Counted from the stretch's first letter, positions 1-8,854 are shown. The stretch is DNA of 62,040 nt from an uncultured Thermoplasmatales archaeon (GCA_964391625.1 CAYMMP010000001.1:1-62040), one strand, 5' to 3'. Notes: generated by a model not told the origin, from the letters alone. Made by a program: numbers and translations.

Positions 1-49
1 CAAATTTTAAAAAGAAACTATTGTTTTAAAATTGTAGCGTGTGGTAAAA

Positions 50-245
50 ATGGCAAGAAGATGTTCTGAATGCGGTAAAAATTAGGGTTTTTTGAAGGAT
101 ATTGTCATCCTGTAGAAAGGAGAAAGAGTGCGTATGCGGAGAATACTTTGACAAAATTGAAGCAATTGAAACAAAATATTGTAATTTTGTTATGAATGTA
201 TTTAGGAATGGTAAATTAAATTTTATAAAAAAAGAAAGTGGATGA
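50..245 (+). pseudogene. Decayed small zinc-ribbon gene (two apparent frameshifts)
   Basis: ATG at 50 reads MARRCSECGKN then TAG (83-85). The continuation LGFFEGYCHPVERRK... lies in another frame (82-195), and ...ECVCGEYFDKIEAIETKYCNF... in the third frame (96-245). Joined together they resemble a small CxxC...CxC zinc-ribbon protein. Confidence 0.3.
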
Positions 246-299
246 TTGCTAGCAATTAGAATAGATAAGCTTGTACTTAAAGCAAAGAAATATTTTTGA

Positions 300-1355
300 T
301 TAAAATCCTAAAGTAAAAAAAACTAAACCTACTATCAATGCAAACACAAAATTAAATATTTTTATTAAAATGGAGTCTTTAATAGAATACGATAGCAAAG
401 GCAACATTCCATGACCATCTTGTGCAATAGAACTAGTCAACAATACAGAAAATGGCACTATTCCTGAAGCATACATCATGACAAAAACCATATGTGGACC
501 AGATTCAGGGATCATTCCTACTAGAGCGCTGACTATAAGGACTAAGCCTAAATTTGCTTCGACAAAACCTTGTAAATTCCAATATTGAAAACCAATTTGA
601 ACAAAAAGTAGAGCAAAAAACGTCCAAAGAAACACTCTCCATATGTGCTTCTTGGTGATATGTTCCCAAATATGCTCTTTGAAATAATGTTTTGAAGCTG
701 TTAAAATTATAAAAATTGCAAGGAGAGATAGTGACATTAGAAGAATTCTATCAGGCTCTTCAATACTCCAACTCTGAGGTCCCCAGATGCCAACAAGATT
801 CAATACTATAATGATAACAAAGAGCAATATTAGTCCGCATCTACTATACGACAATTGTAGAAAATTTTTTAATATAGATGGTTGAAATGGATGCCCTACA
901 TCAGCAGTATGAACCTTTTGCAACTTACATTCCTTACAGGGAATTATATGAAAAATTGATGCAATTTTATCAGCTATTGATGCACCAATGATTCCGAGAA
1001 CAAATAACAATGCAAAAAGAATCAGTGCTTCTCTAGGAAACTGCGTCAACATAACAAATGATTCGTCCCCTGAAGTAGCAATCATTCCTCCAACTATTGC
1101 ACCGAAAGTTATTATGCCATGAACATACAACGAAACGTTCATGAATGCTCCCAAGCATCCTGGGGTAGAGCCAAGAAATGAGGTTATTGTATACTGTCTT
1201 AATCTGCTACCTTCCACAGCATTTTTCATCCTCCCTCTAGTTAAAACGTTGAGATAGTCGATGATGACCATCATCACAAAGACGAAAATTGTTATCACAA
1301 TCGAGCGGTTGATTACTGATATTAGTTCAATCACCTCAAGCCCTCCTACTACCAA
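300..1355 (-). CDS. Polytopic membrane protein, possibly ArsP_2/DUF2899-like 10-TM exporter
   Basis: 351-aa ORF, hydrophobic throughout with about 10 predicted TM segments. It carries the motifs STPGCLGAF and TSGDESF. The family assignment is from memory only. Confidence 0.4.
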   Translation of the reverse strand: MVVGGLEVIELISVINRSIVITIFVFVMMVIIDYLNVLTRGRMKNAVEGSRLRQYTITSFLGSTPGCLGAFMNVSLYVHGIITFGAIVGGMIATSGDESFVMLTQFPREALILFALLFVLGIIGASIADKIASIFHIIPCKECKLQKVHTADVGHPFQPSILKNFLQLSYSRCGLILLFVIIIVLNLVGIWGPQSWSIEEPDRILLMSLSLLAIFIILTASKHYFKEHIWEHITKKHIWRVFLWTFFALLFVQIGFQYWNLQGFVEANLGLVLIVSALVGMIPESGPHMVFVMMYASGIVPFSVLLTSSIAQDGHGMLPLLSYSIKDSILIKIFNFVFALIVGLVFFTLGF

Positions 1356-1465
1356 ATATCTTAGATCTCATTGCCATACACGTCACTTTTCTATTCTTTC
1401 TATACCTACATCTACCTGCATTATTCTCCATATGAACTAATCTCAATAACACATGTCTCTGTCTT

Positions 1466-2431
1466 TTAACTACTCCTTCCAATCATTTTTCTTATATAAA
1501 ATCTTTTATTTTTATACTCTACCGCTACAAGTTTGTCATCATGTATTAATTTTTCAACAACATCCCAATCGGACTTTGATTTCTTTAATAATTCTTCCAT
1601 ACCTTCTTCTCGCATAGGATGTACCGATGCAATACTTAGAATATCCTTTTCTATATCTCCAGTATATGCAAAGGCATTTCCTTCATAGCCAATAAGATAC
1701 TCGACATCAATTCCTTTTTCTCTAAAAGCATCATATGCCTTAACGATCATAACTTCTTTTGGTGGTTTAACCCATTGCTCAGCTGGTGGTCGTGTTGGGA
1801 CGGATATATAGCTTCTTTTTGGTTTTAATCTAGCAATAAAATCAGCAGTGTCCTCCAACACATCTATAGAATCGTTAACATTTTCTATAATCATAGTTTC
1901 TGTTACTAATTCACCATTAAATATCTGGGAAAACTCAGATATGCCATCCATTATTTTTTCAAATTTTAAAGAGTTATGAGGTCTATCAATTCTATGCCAA
2001 ATATCTTGATTTATCGTATCAATTTTTAAAGAAACCCAATCGGCTTTTTGCAAGTCATCCTGAACCTTTTTATCCCAGATCAAAGAAGCATTAGTAATAA
2101 CAGCAATTTTAATTTCTAAAGGCTTAAGCAGTTCAATTTCTTTACCAAGATTAATATCTAATGTTGGCTCGCCATCGGGGACAAATGTAAGATAATCAAT
2201 AGGTTCTTTTCTAGTTCTTGCTTCTCCTACTTTATCTTCTACGGCAGATACTATTTCATTTGGTTCATAGAATTCTCTTCGTTCAACTTGCATGTTATTT
2301 GTCCTTCCAAGTTGACAATAAACACAGGAATAGGTACAGATTTTTGGGGGAATATTATTTATGCCTAGACTTTTCCCAAGACGCCGTGAAGGGACAGGGC
2401 CAAAAGCAATCAATTTTTTTTCGTTTATCAT
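1466..2431 (-). CDS. Radical SAM enzyme
   Basis: N-terminal GPVPSRRLGKSLGINNIPPKICTYSCVYCQLG contains the CxxxCxxC [4Fe-4S]/SAM motif. At 321 aa the size is typical of the superfamily. Confidence 0.85.
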   Translation of the reverse strand: MINEKKLIAFGPVPSRRLGKSLGINNIPPKICTYSCVYCQLGRTNNMQVERREFYEPNEIVSAVEDKVGEARTRKEPIDYLTFVPDGEPTLDINLGKEIELLKPLEIKIAVITNASLIWDKKVQDDLQKADWVSLKIDTINQDIWHRIDRPHNSLKFEKIMDGISEFSQIFNGELVTETMIIENVNDSIDVLEDTADFIARLKPKRSYISVPTRPPAEQWVKPPKEVMIVKAYDAFREKGIDVEYLIGYEGNAFAYTGDIEKDILSIASVHPMREEGMEELLKKSKSDWDVVEKLIHDDKLVAVEYKNKRFYIRKMIGRSS

Positions 2432-2449
2432 TTTTATTAAACTCCTTTG

Positions 2450-3088
2450 TTAGCTAGTTTTATTTGCTTTTATCACAACAAAACTACCTTCCCCATGACC
2501 TTCTTTTACTGAATCTATTTTGTTGGAAGGGCTAGGAAAGACCGTTTGTTTGATTGAAATAACCTCAAAATGTGCTTTTCTTAAACAATCTGTTACTTCT
2601 TCAACTGAATAAAAAGTAGCATCTTTATAGAATTTACTGTTATCCCTTTTAAGCTGATATTGCGTCCCCATCTCACTATTTTTATCTACAAAACCAACAA
2701 TAATAAGACCATCAGGTTTTAAAACTCTATGCACCTCCTTAAAGGCTTCAACCAGATTATCGACGAAACAAATTGTTGTAACCATGAGAGCGAAATCAAA
2801 TGTCTCGCTATCAAAAGGCAATTTCTCTGCTACAGCCTCATAAACTTGTATTCCAAGGTTCCTTGCCATTTCTGCCATTTTTTTAGAAGGTTCTACACCA
2901 ACCTTTATTCCAAGAGGTAAAGCAAATCTACCAGAGCCAACACCAATTTCAACACCAGTTTTCCCAGAGGGAATTAAACTTTTTATGGCGTTAAGCTCAG
3001 CTAAATAAACAGTTTTATTTCTAACAAACCACTTATCGTATTCTTTACTATATTTTTCAAATGACTCAATTCTTGCCATCCACAACAA
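2450..3088 (-). CDS. Class I SAM-dependent methyltransferase
   Basis: Motif I GVEIGVGSGRFA, acidic loop VGVEPS, and a Methyltransf_11-like post-I/II pattern (FDFALMVTTICFV, LKPDGLIIV). An alternative start is M4 at 3079. Confidence 0.85.
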   Translation of the reverse strand: MLWMARIESFEKYSKEYDKWFVRNKTVYLAELNAIKSLIPSGKTGVEIGVGSGRFALPLGIKVGVEPSKKMAEMARNLGIQVYEAVAEKLPFDSETFDFALMVTTICFVDNLVEAFKEVHRVLKPDGLIIVGFVDKNSEMGTQYQLKRDNSKFYKDATFYSVEEVTDCLRKAHFEVISIKQTVFPSPSNKIDSVKEGHGEGSFVVIKANKTS

Positions 3089-3108
3089 TTACTCTGACTC
3101 ACATCCAT

Positions 3109-4194
3109 CTACGCATGTTTAACTTTTTTAGAGAAATACTTGCCCACTATTTTTTGTTTGTTAGTAAAATAAATAAGGCTTTGTTTTACCAGGACGTAAA
3201 GCCATACCACCAACAAAACGAAATACAGTAAATAATACAACAGTTTAACAAACGAAAAATTAATCACAAATACATAAAGATTTGCAGTTGCCAATGTAAA
3301 AGCACCTGTTGGAAATATAAATGCCCACCATAGTTCAGAAAAAGGAATTTTCTTCTTCTCATTAATAATCCTATAATATAAAGATAGCAATCCAAACAAT
3401 ATCCATATGCCATAACCAAACATGATTACTGAATAAATTTTACTTACCCCTAGAAAAGAATTGCTAAAACCCAGAACATCATATTTTAACAGCGCCTTAG
3501 AGGTTGTTATTATAGCTAATATCGAAACTGCCACTGGGGCAAGAACAATATTGAATGTCGGAGTTACTTTTTCTTGAGAGAGTTCATAAAATTTACTTCT
3601 AAAGTATACTAAAGTTAATGTAAGCAAATAAAGAATGAAAGCAGGTCCAAATAAAAAAAGATTTATTATGAGTATGGGTGTAGAAATAAAATCAGCCCTC
3701 AATGCCAAAGTCGAACCAGCTGTTATTAAAACAAAAAGCCCCACTGGTGGAAGAAGCCAGGTTCCACTGACCTGTTCAACCTTTGATCTAAATTTCAAAT
3801 TAATTGGAACTAAGACTACAAATATTAGAGAAAACAATAGACTAATAGACCAGAAAAAAATACTGACAATAATAGCATACTCATTAAGATAAGGCAATCC
3901 TATATTAACCAACATTAGTGAAATTAAAGCAGCAGCTATAGGAATAGCTGAATATAAATTTGATTTTATGGGATTCTTCAGGTTTTCGACAAGATCCTTT
4001 TTTTCAAATATGTGGATTATAAATTTTAAGAAATACAGTAAAAACATGAATATCACAGATATCTCAAGTAGATATGAAAACATGTTTGCTAAAACATTAT
4101 TATTAAAAATTATCTTTGAAGATAATGCTAAAGCCGATGTGCCCATTAGAGCAATAAAGACAATTAAATTGAAGTTTTTTTTATCCTCTTTCAA
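3109..4194 (-). CDS. 10-TM transporter, TehA/TDT (SLAC1)-like
   Basis: 361-aa hydrophobic ORF. The N-terminal ALMGTSALAL resembles the vMGtGgLal signature of tellurite-resistance/dicarboxylate transporters. It sits directly upstream of the methyltransferase, as in tehAB. Confidence 0.45.
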   Translation of the reverse strand: MKEDKKNFNLIVFIALMGTSALALSSKIIFNNNVLANMFSYLLEISVIFMFLLYFLKFIIHIFEKKDLVENLKNPIKSNLYSAIPIAAALISLMLVNIGLPYLNEYAIIVSIFFWSISLLFSLIFVVLVPINLKFRSKVEQVSGTWLLPPVGLFVLITAGSTLALRADFISTPILIINLFLFGPAFILYLLTLTLVYFRSKFYELSQEKVTPTFNIVLAPVAVSILAIITTSKALLKYDVLGFSNSFLGVSKIYSVIMFGYGIWILFGLLSLYYRIINEKKKIPFSELWWAFIFPTGAFTLATANLYVFVINFSFVKLLYYLLYFVLLVVWLYVLVKQSLIYFTNKQKIVGKYFSKKVKHA

Positions 4195-4302
4195 CTATCT
4201 CACCTACCTCTCTCATAACTTATGTTTTTTAACTAACTTTCAATATATAGATGCAAGCTCTAATTTTTGATTCTGTCACCAATCCCCCAACCAACTTGAT
4301 AA

Positions 4303-4890
4303 TTACTTAAATCTTTTCTTAATTGTTCCTATTTTCTTTTTCAATTCTATATCCAATATACCATTTTGATAACTTGTTTTTGCATAATCTTTATCAACCT
4401 TACAAGGCAGTTGCACTTTTTTGTAATATCTACTTTCTTCCCCATTTATTTCAATTATTACTTCACTTTCCACAACATCTATATCGATATCTCCATCTAA
4501 TGAAGTCATCGGAGTTTCAATGGTAATGCTTATCGTGTCATCCCATTCAATGACATCTATCGATGAATCTGTATCTTCAGGTGTTTGGTTTGATTCGCCA
4601 GATACATCTTGATTATCTAAATCCAAGAAGCTATTGAGTGATAAAGGATCTCTTCGGTTGTTGTAGCAAGGACATCTACATATAGGAAGACGCTCTTTTT
4701 CAGGGAAGGATATTTTTTCATTTATTGATTCATCCATAGGAAGATAGTTTTCCCACTTCTTAATTTCTCTGAGTTGTTTCTCAAGCTTATTAAAAAAATC
4801 TGATGATAAAGTATGTTTGGCATGAAGTGATATCCACCATTGGAGCTTTAGCCAATTCTCAAATGAATCGTCTTCTGTTTTATGCGACAT
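4303..4890 (-). CDS. Hsp20/alpha-crystallin-domain protein with unusual Cys-containing N-terminal half
   Basis: The C-terminus ISITIETP...VIIEINGEESRYYKKVQLPCKVDKDYAKTSYQNGILDIELKKK matches the ACD pattern (LP..vd...a.y.NGvL.i.l.K). The N-terminal half is unassigned and contains CRCPC. Confidence 0.6.
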   Translation of the reverse strand: MSHKTEDDSFENWLKLQWWISLHAKHTLSSDFFNKLEKQLREIKKWENYLPMDESINEKISFPEKERLPICRCPCYNNRRDPLSLNSFLDLDNQDVSGESNQTPEDTDSSIDVIEWDDTISITIETPMTSLDGDIDIDVVESEVIIEINGEESRYYKKVQLPCKVDKDYAKTSYQNGILDIELKKKIGTIKKRFK

Positions 4891-5096
4891 CTTCTCTTCC
4901 CTCTTTTAAAATTATATATTGCTATTATAACAAGCAAAAAATATTTATAAAAACTTCTGTAATAATTATAAATGGAAATAATATATCGACTTATATTTAT
5001 TAAGAAAAATTGCATAATTTGCTTATATCACAAATTTATTATTAGTTTAGTTTTTTGGAGGGACATCAAAAATTATAGTTTTCTTACAATATATTT

Positions 5097-5807
5097 TTAG
5101 ATGAGTGCGCTTAACCTTGCTTCATCAAAACCAACAACCGCCTCTCCTTCTATTACTGTAACTGGTGTTCCCGTTTGGCCAGATGCCTCTATCATCTTTT
5201 GTATCCCTGCAGGATCTCTTGAAACATTTACCTCAGTAAACGATACTCCTTTTGATCTCAGATATTCTTTTGTTCTGGCACACCATGGGCAACCATCAGA
5301 TGTATAAATAGTAACTCCTGAGCTGCCCCCTCCAAAACTTTCTGTTTTGTAGAGTGGTTTTGCACTCAGAACCTCATCAATTCTCAACATATTTATACTT
5401 GATTCCTTTGCCCTATAGAGTTCTGACAGAAAGAGATTTGCAGGCATAGTATTTTTTATATCTGTTGCATTATCTGCAATTAATTTCTTTGTAGACAAAT
5501 AAGCATCTAGCCGATTGTTTCCTGCATTTGCTGCTAGTGTTTTATATATGTCATCCATTACATCGGCTGTTCCTTCCATGGCAATAGATTCCTTGGTGCT
5601 TGTTAATACTGCAGCCTCTCGAATTTTATTTGCCATAAACAGATACATAAGTCCATATCCTGGAAGTACTCCAGATTCAAGGGCATTCAATCCATTTTTC
5701 AATCCTTTTTTTACCAGTTTTTCCATCTGCGCTTGGTATTTATTAGATATTCCATGAATGATTATTGTTGTTTTATTTGAATTTTTTACATCACTTAATA
5801 ATACCAT
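5097..5807 (-). CDS. Thermosome (group II chaperonin)-like C-terminal segment fused to glutaredoxin/NrdH-like domain
   Basis: MVLLSDVKNSNKTTIIIHGISN...LESGVLPGYG aligns with the thermosome mifvegc..kavtillRG...vvPGGGa region. The C-terminal 75 aa (VTIYTSDGCPWCARTKEYLRSKGVSFTEVNV...GTPVTVIEGEAVVGFD) form a CPxC glutaredoxin fold. The ATG at 5807 is preceded by GAGGTGG. The track ORF extends to 5864 inside the upstream gene. Confidence 0.7.
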   Translation of the reverse strand: MVLLSDVKNSNKTTIIIHGISNKYQAQMEKLVKKGLKNGLNALESGVLPGYGLMYLFMANKIREAAVLTSTKESIAMEGTADVMDDIYKTLAANAGNNRLDAYLSTKKLIADNATDIKNTMPANLFLSELYRAKESSINMLRIDEVLSAKPLYKTESFGGGSSGVTIYTSDGCPWCARTKEYLRSKGVSFTEVNVSRDPAGIQKMIEASGQTGTPVTVIEGEAVVGFDEARLSALI

Positions 5808-5817
5808 TTTTTCCACC

Positions 5818-6840
5818 TCAAGTTCTGCATACTCCACCAACACATCCTTCTTCCTTTGTATCATCTATCAATCCAATATATCCAATATCATTTTCAGAGA
5901 TGTTTGACATATTGACAAATTTTCCTCCACTGGATTGGGCAAGTGCCCTCATATCAGAATCGTTTATCTTTTCAAAGCCAGTAATTCCATTTCTTGCCAT
6001 CATTTCTGCTGCACGTGGATCAATCTCGCCCTTTGAAAAAACAGCATTCACTCCAAATTTTGTCAACCTATCAACAAAATCTTTTAGTTGACTCTCTTCA
6101 AAAGTTGAAGTAGCCGAATAGTTTTTTGTATTACTGATGTCGATTTTCACATCTAACTTTGTTTTTCTTGGAGTTATTTTGTCTAACAATGCTATCTTTG
6201 CATCGCTCAATTTATCAGGCATGTCCTCTCGCACTCTGTTGTAGTCTAGTTTAAGTCCAACAATAACTTCACTCCCTTCTCCATCTCCTTCAGCCAAAAC
6301 AGTTATATCCTCTTCTTTTGGTTCTTTTAAAAATAAGATAGCATCTCTTATAACAGAAAGAATATTATCTTTATCTGCGATAGTGTTAGAAATAGAGTGC
6401 TTTATAACATCCTCAAGTATTTCAACATCCTTACTTTTTATTTTCTTTGTTCTTTTTTGTGTCTCTTCAATTGCTATATTCATAGCCTTCTCATAACCTG
6501 CAAGAATGGTTGGCATACCGATACCGGTAGTTGAAAGATCGTGTGCTTTTACTATCAGTTTAGATAGAAGAAGTGCTAATGAAACAGTTCCATCACGAAA
6601 TTCTTTATATTGGGCATCTACACTTTTCTTAATCGGCTCAGCCGTAGGTCCTAATTCTACATTATCTAAAATTTCTTTACCATTAATTAGAATCTCTCCG
6701 TCATTAGTTAGTTTATACATACCATATGGCCCCAACAAAGAACTTACTGAACGTTCAATAGATTCCGCTTCTTTGGACCAAATGTTTGTTGGTTTTTTTA
6801 CTCTCTCTAAATCTTCTTTATATACGTTAAATATTGGCAT
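5818..6840 (-). CDS. Thermosome (group II chaperonin)-like N-terminal segment (equatorial-N, intermediate, apical)
   Basis: LLGPYGMYKLTNDGEIL matches tLGPkGmdKm..TNDGaTIL. The nucleotide motif GDGTT is degenerate (RDGTV). The ORF ends ...DIGYIGLIDDTKEEGCVGGVCRT, where thermosomes have dLGyAglVeerkvged. Confidence 0.7.
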   Translation of the reverse strand: MPIFNVYKEDLERVKKPTNIWSKEAESIERSVSSLLGPYGMYKLTNDGEILINGKEILDNVELGPTAEPIKKSVDAQYKEFRDGTVSLALLLSKLIVKAHDLSTTGIGMPTILAGYEKAMNIAIEETQKRTKKIKSKDVEILEDVIKHSISNTIADKDNILSVIRDAILFLKEPKEEDITVLAEGDGEGSEVIVGLKLDYNRVREDMPDKLSDAKIALLDKITPRKTKLDVKIDISNTKNYSATSTFEESQLKDFVDRLTKFGVNAVFSKGEIDPRAAEMMARNGITGFEKINDSDMRALAQSSGGKFVNMSNISENDIGYIGLIDDTKEEGCVGGVCRT

Positions 6841-6874
6841 GAGTTGCCGTAATGCTAGAAGGAGTATATAACGT

Positions 6875-6895
6875 TTGTGTGTACCATACGCACAA
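6875..6895. promoter_or_regulatory. Candidate operator TTGTG-N11-CACAA upstream of thermosome-like gene
   Basis: TTGTGtgtaccatacgCACAA lies 35-55 nt upstream of the ATG at 6840, next to a TATA-like ttatata (minus strand, ~6864-6870). The same half-sites and spacing recur at 7387-7407. Confidence 0.45.
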
Positions 6896-6984
6896 CCAAC
6901 TTGTTATAGATGACTTATATATATTTAAGATATATATTTGTATATATAAACATATATTTGAAAACATCTTATGAAAAACAGAAA

Positions 6985-7344
6985 TTATTTCATCTCTTTC
7001 TCAAAATGAGTGAGGGTTTCCTCCACATGTCTATACCATTCATCGATACACATCTTCATTTTCTTTTTAATTTGTTTTACGTCTGCACACGAATACACAT
7101 GATAATAGCCGCCTTTTTCTATCATTCTTGTTTCCTTGATACAAATCTCACAAGAAACCAATTTTTGTAGGGAGCGGTATACTGTACTTCGATCTTTGTT
7201 CAGTTTTTGTGCGAGTTCTTCCACTTTTGAGTTGCCTACTTTTTTTAATTCTCTATACACTTCAACATCTGCTTTATTAAGGTCAAAAGTACATTCTAGT
7301 ACGTTATTGCAATTAATATCTTTGTACGAACCAACCAATTTCAT
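6985..7344 (-). CDS. Winged-HTH transcriptional regulator (TrmB/MarR-like) with CxxC
   Basis: VEVYRELKKVGNSKVEELAQKLNKDRSTVYRSLQKLVS matches the TrmB-type HTH pattern (vY..L......elA......rs.vY..L..L). It contains a CEIC pair plus four other Cys. Confidence 0.6.
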   Translation of the reverse strand: MKLVGSYKDINCNNVLECTFDLNKADVEVYRELKKVGNSKVEELAQKLNKDRSTVYRSLQKLVSCEICIKETRMIEKGGYYHVYSCADVKQIKKKMKMCIDEWYRHVEETLTHFEKEMK

Positions 7345-7386
7345 TGATAAACCGGTACACCAATATTACATATTAATATATAATAG

Positions 7387-7407
7387 TTGTGCATATTCTT
7401 TGCACAA
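7387..7407. promoter_or_regulatory. Candidate operator TTGTG-N11-CACAA in divergent regulator/thioredoxin promoter region
   Basis: TTGTGcatattctttGCACAA contains the perfect 7-bp inverted repeat TTGTGCA/TGCACAA. It lies 43-63 nt upstream of the regulator start (7344) and ~70-90 nt upstream of the thioredoxin start. Confidence 0.45.
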
Positions 7408-7477
7408 ACGTTAAATAATACATGTAATATACTGGCACAAAAGCAGTTCGCTAATAAAAAGATAATAGGTGAAAAAT

Positions 7478-7813
7478 ATGAAAGAAGAATTACCAGACGT
7501 GCCAATTCAATTAACAGATGAAAATTTTGATGAGAATGTTAAGAAATATCCGACTATAGCTATAGACTGTTGGGCCCCATGGTGTGGTCCATGCAGGATG
7601 GTAGAGCCCGTTGTTGCAGATCTTGCCAAGGAAATGCAAGGGAAAATAGTTTTTGGAAAATTGAATGTTGACGAAAATCAAAAAACATCTATGAAATATG
7701 GCATTATGAGCATACCAACTTTACTTGTTTTTAAAAATGGAACTCTCATGGATAACATTATTGGTGCAATGCCCAAAGAAATACTTAAAGCTAAACTTGC
7801 CCCTTATGAATAA
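7478..7813 (+). CDS. trxA: Thioredoxin
   Basis: WCGPC active site (DCWAPWCGPCRM), MSIPTLLVFKNG cis-Pro loop, ~111 aa. ATG 7478 is preceded by GGTGA at 7468-7472. The track start, GTG 7469, is less likely. Confidence 0.9.
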   Translation: MKEELPDVPIQLTDENFDENVKKYPTIAIDCWAPWCGPCRMVEPVVADLAKEMQGKIVFGKLNVDENQKTSMKYGIMSIPTLLVFKNGTLMDNIIGAMPKEILKAKLAPYE

Positions 7814-7838
7814 GTTGAAACCAACTTAAAAAAGTTGT

Positions 7839-8459
7839 ATGGTGATAATTATTAGAAAGAGGGCAAGACCTGTAGAAAAGAAATCAAAGATAAATACAAG
7901 TTTACTTGGTAATAGTAAACTTATTATAATTATTTTAATCCTTGTGATTATTGTTGTTGGTGTGATTATTGCATGGCAACAGCATCATGTAGATAATAAA
8001 GATACTGGAGATGATTTTGTATTTACTTCGCTTGACGGTACTTCAAAACATTTAAGCGATTACCGTGGCAAAGTGGTTATTTTAGACATGTGGGCTACCT
8101 GGTGTAGTCCCTGTCAGTTTCAAATGACTGAATTAAAAAAAACATATGAAGCATATAGCAGAGATGATCTAGAGATAATTTCTATTGATATTGATACCAG
8201 GGAAACTGTACAATTAGTCGAAAATTTTAGAAATGCTTTCAAACAACAAGGTATTGAATTAAATTGGGTTTTTGGTATGGATGATGGTAGCATTTGGGAG
8301 AAGTATATGTTAAATGGAGGGATACCAACCCTCTGCATTTTTGATCGAGAAGGAAAACTTAGCCTCCAACATGAAGGAATTGCTGTTTTTTCGGAAATCC
8401 CTCAAGGTTTGTCAGAAGACACTGTAAAACTTTCTCAAAAAATTGATAGTTTGTTGTAA
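7839..8459 (+). CDS. Membrane-anchored TlpA/ResA-like thiol:disulfide oxidoreductase
   Basis: One N-terminal TM helix (LIIIILILVIIVVGVIIAW) followed by a thioredoxin fold with MWATWCSPCQ and GIPTLCIFD. Confidence 0.8.
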   Translation: MVIIIRKRARPVEKKSKINTSLLGNSKLIIIILILVIIVVGVIIAWQQHHVDNKDTGDDFVFTSLDGTSKHLSDYRGKVVILDMWATWCSPCQFQMTELKKTYEAYSRDDLEIISIDIDTRETVQLVENFRNAFKQQGIELNWVFGMDDGSIWEKYMLNGGIPTLCIFDREGKLSLQHEGIAVFSEIPQGLSEDTVKLSQKIDSLL

Positions 8460-8590
8460 TAAAATAAAAAATTACGACAAATAGCACTAAAGCGACTTTA
8501 CTAATAATTATAAACAAGACATATGGCATCTATAATAAATATAGTGAAAGCATTTATGAATATTCCAACATTCTTTAATCACAGGTTATA

Positions 8591-8854
8591 ATGGCTAAAG
8601 ATAGGATCTTACTTGTTGAATCTGAAAATGAAGCATCTGATTTGGGTTGGACACGTCTAGGGCCAGTTCCATGCGAAGAATGTATGTATGGTATTGCCTG
8701 GTTATGGTGTAAAAGAGATAAATTTGCATTATTAGAGAATACTGGAGATGGCCGATGTGATTTTATCGATTTTATTCCAAGAGAGGAAGGATTGTTACAA
8801 CTTTATGAGTACCAGAAAGCTCTTGTAAAAGTAAAAGAAAAATATCGATTTTAA
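8591..8854 (+). CDS. Hypothetical small Cys-containing protein
   Basis: 87-aa ORF with four Cys (CEEC...C...C). No recognisable family. Confidence 0.35.
   Translation: MAKDRILLVESENEASDLGWTRLGPVPCEECMYGIAWLWCKRDKFALLENTGDGRCDFIDFIPREEGLLQLYEYQKALVKVKEKYRF

Noticed and set aside
4891-5096. A third copy of the TTGTG-N11-CACAA operator upstream of the Hsp20-like gene.
   Set aside because: Only a loose TTGCA-N14-CACAA resemblance is present (ttgcataatttgcttatatcacaa). The spacing and half-site differ, so it was not counted.
5807-5864. The thermosome-like split interpreted as a simple frameshift pseudogene or a programmed frameshift.
   Set aside because: This is not fully excluded. It is disfavoured because the upstream TGA is followed by GGTGG and an ATG at the exact continuation point of the alignment. 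There is also no homopolymer or slippery heptamer in the 47-nt overlap.
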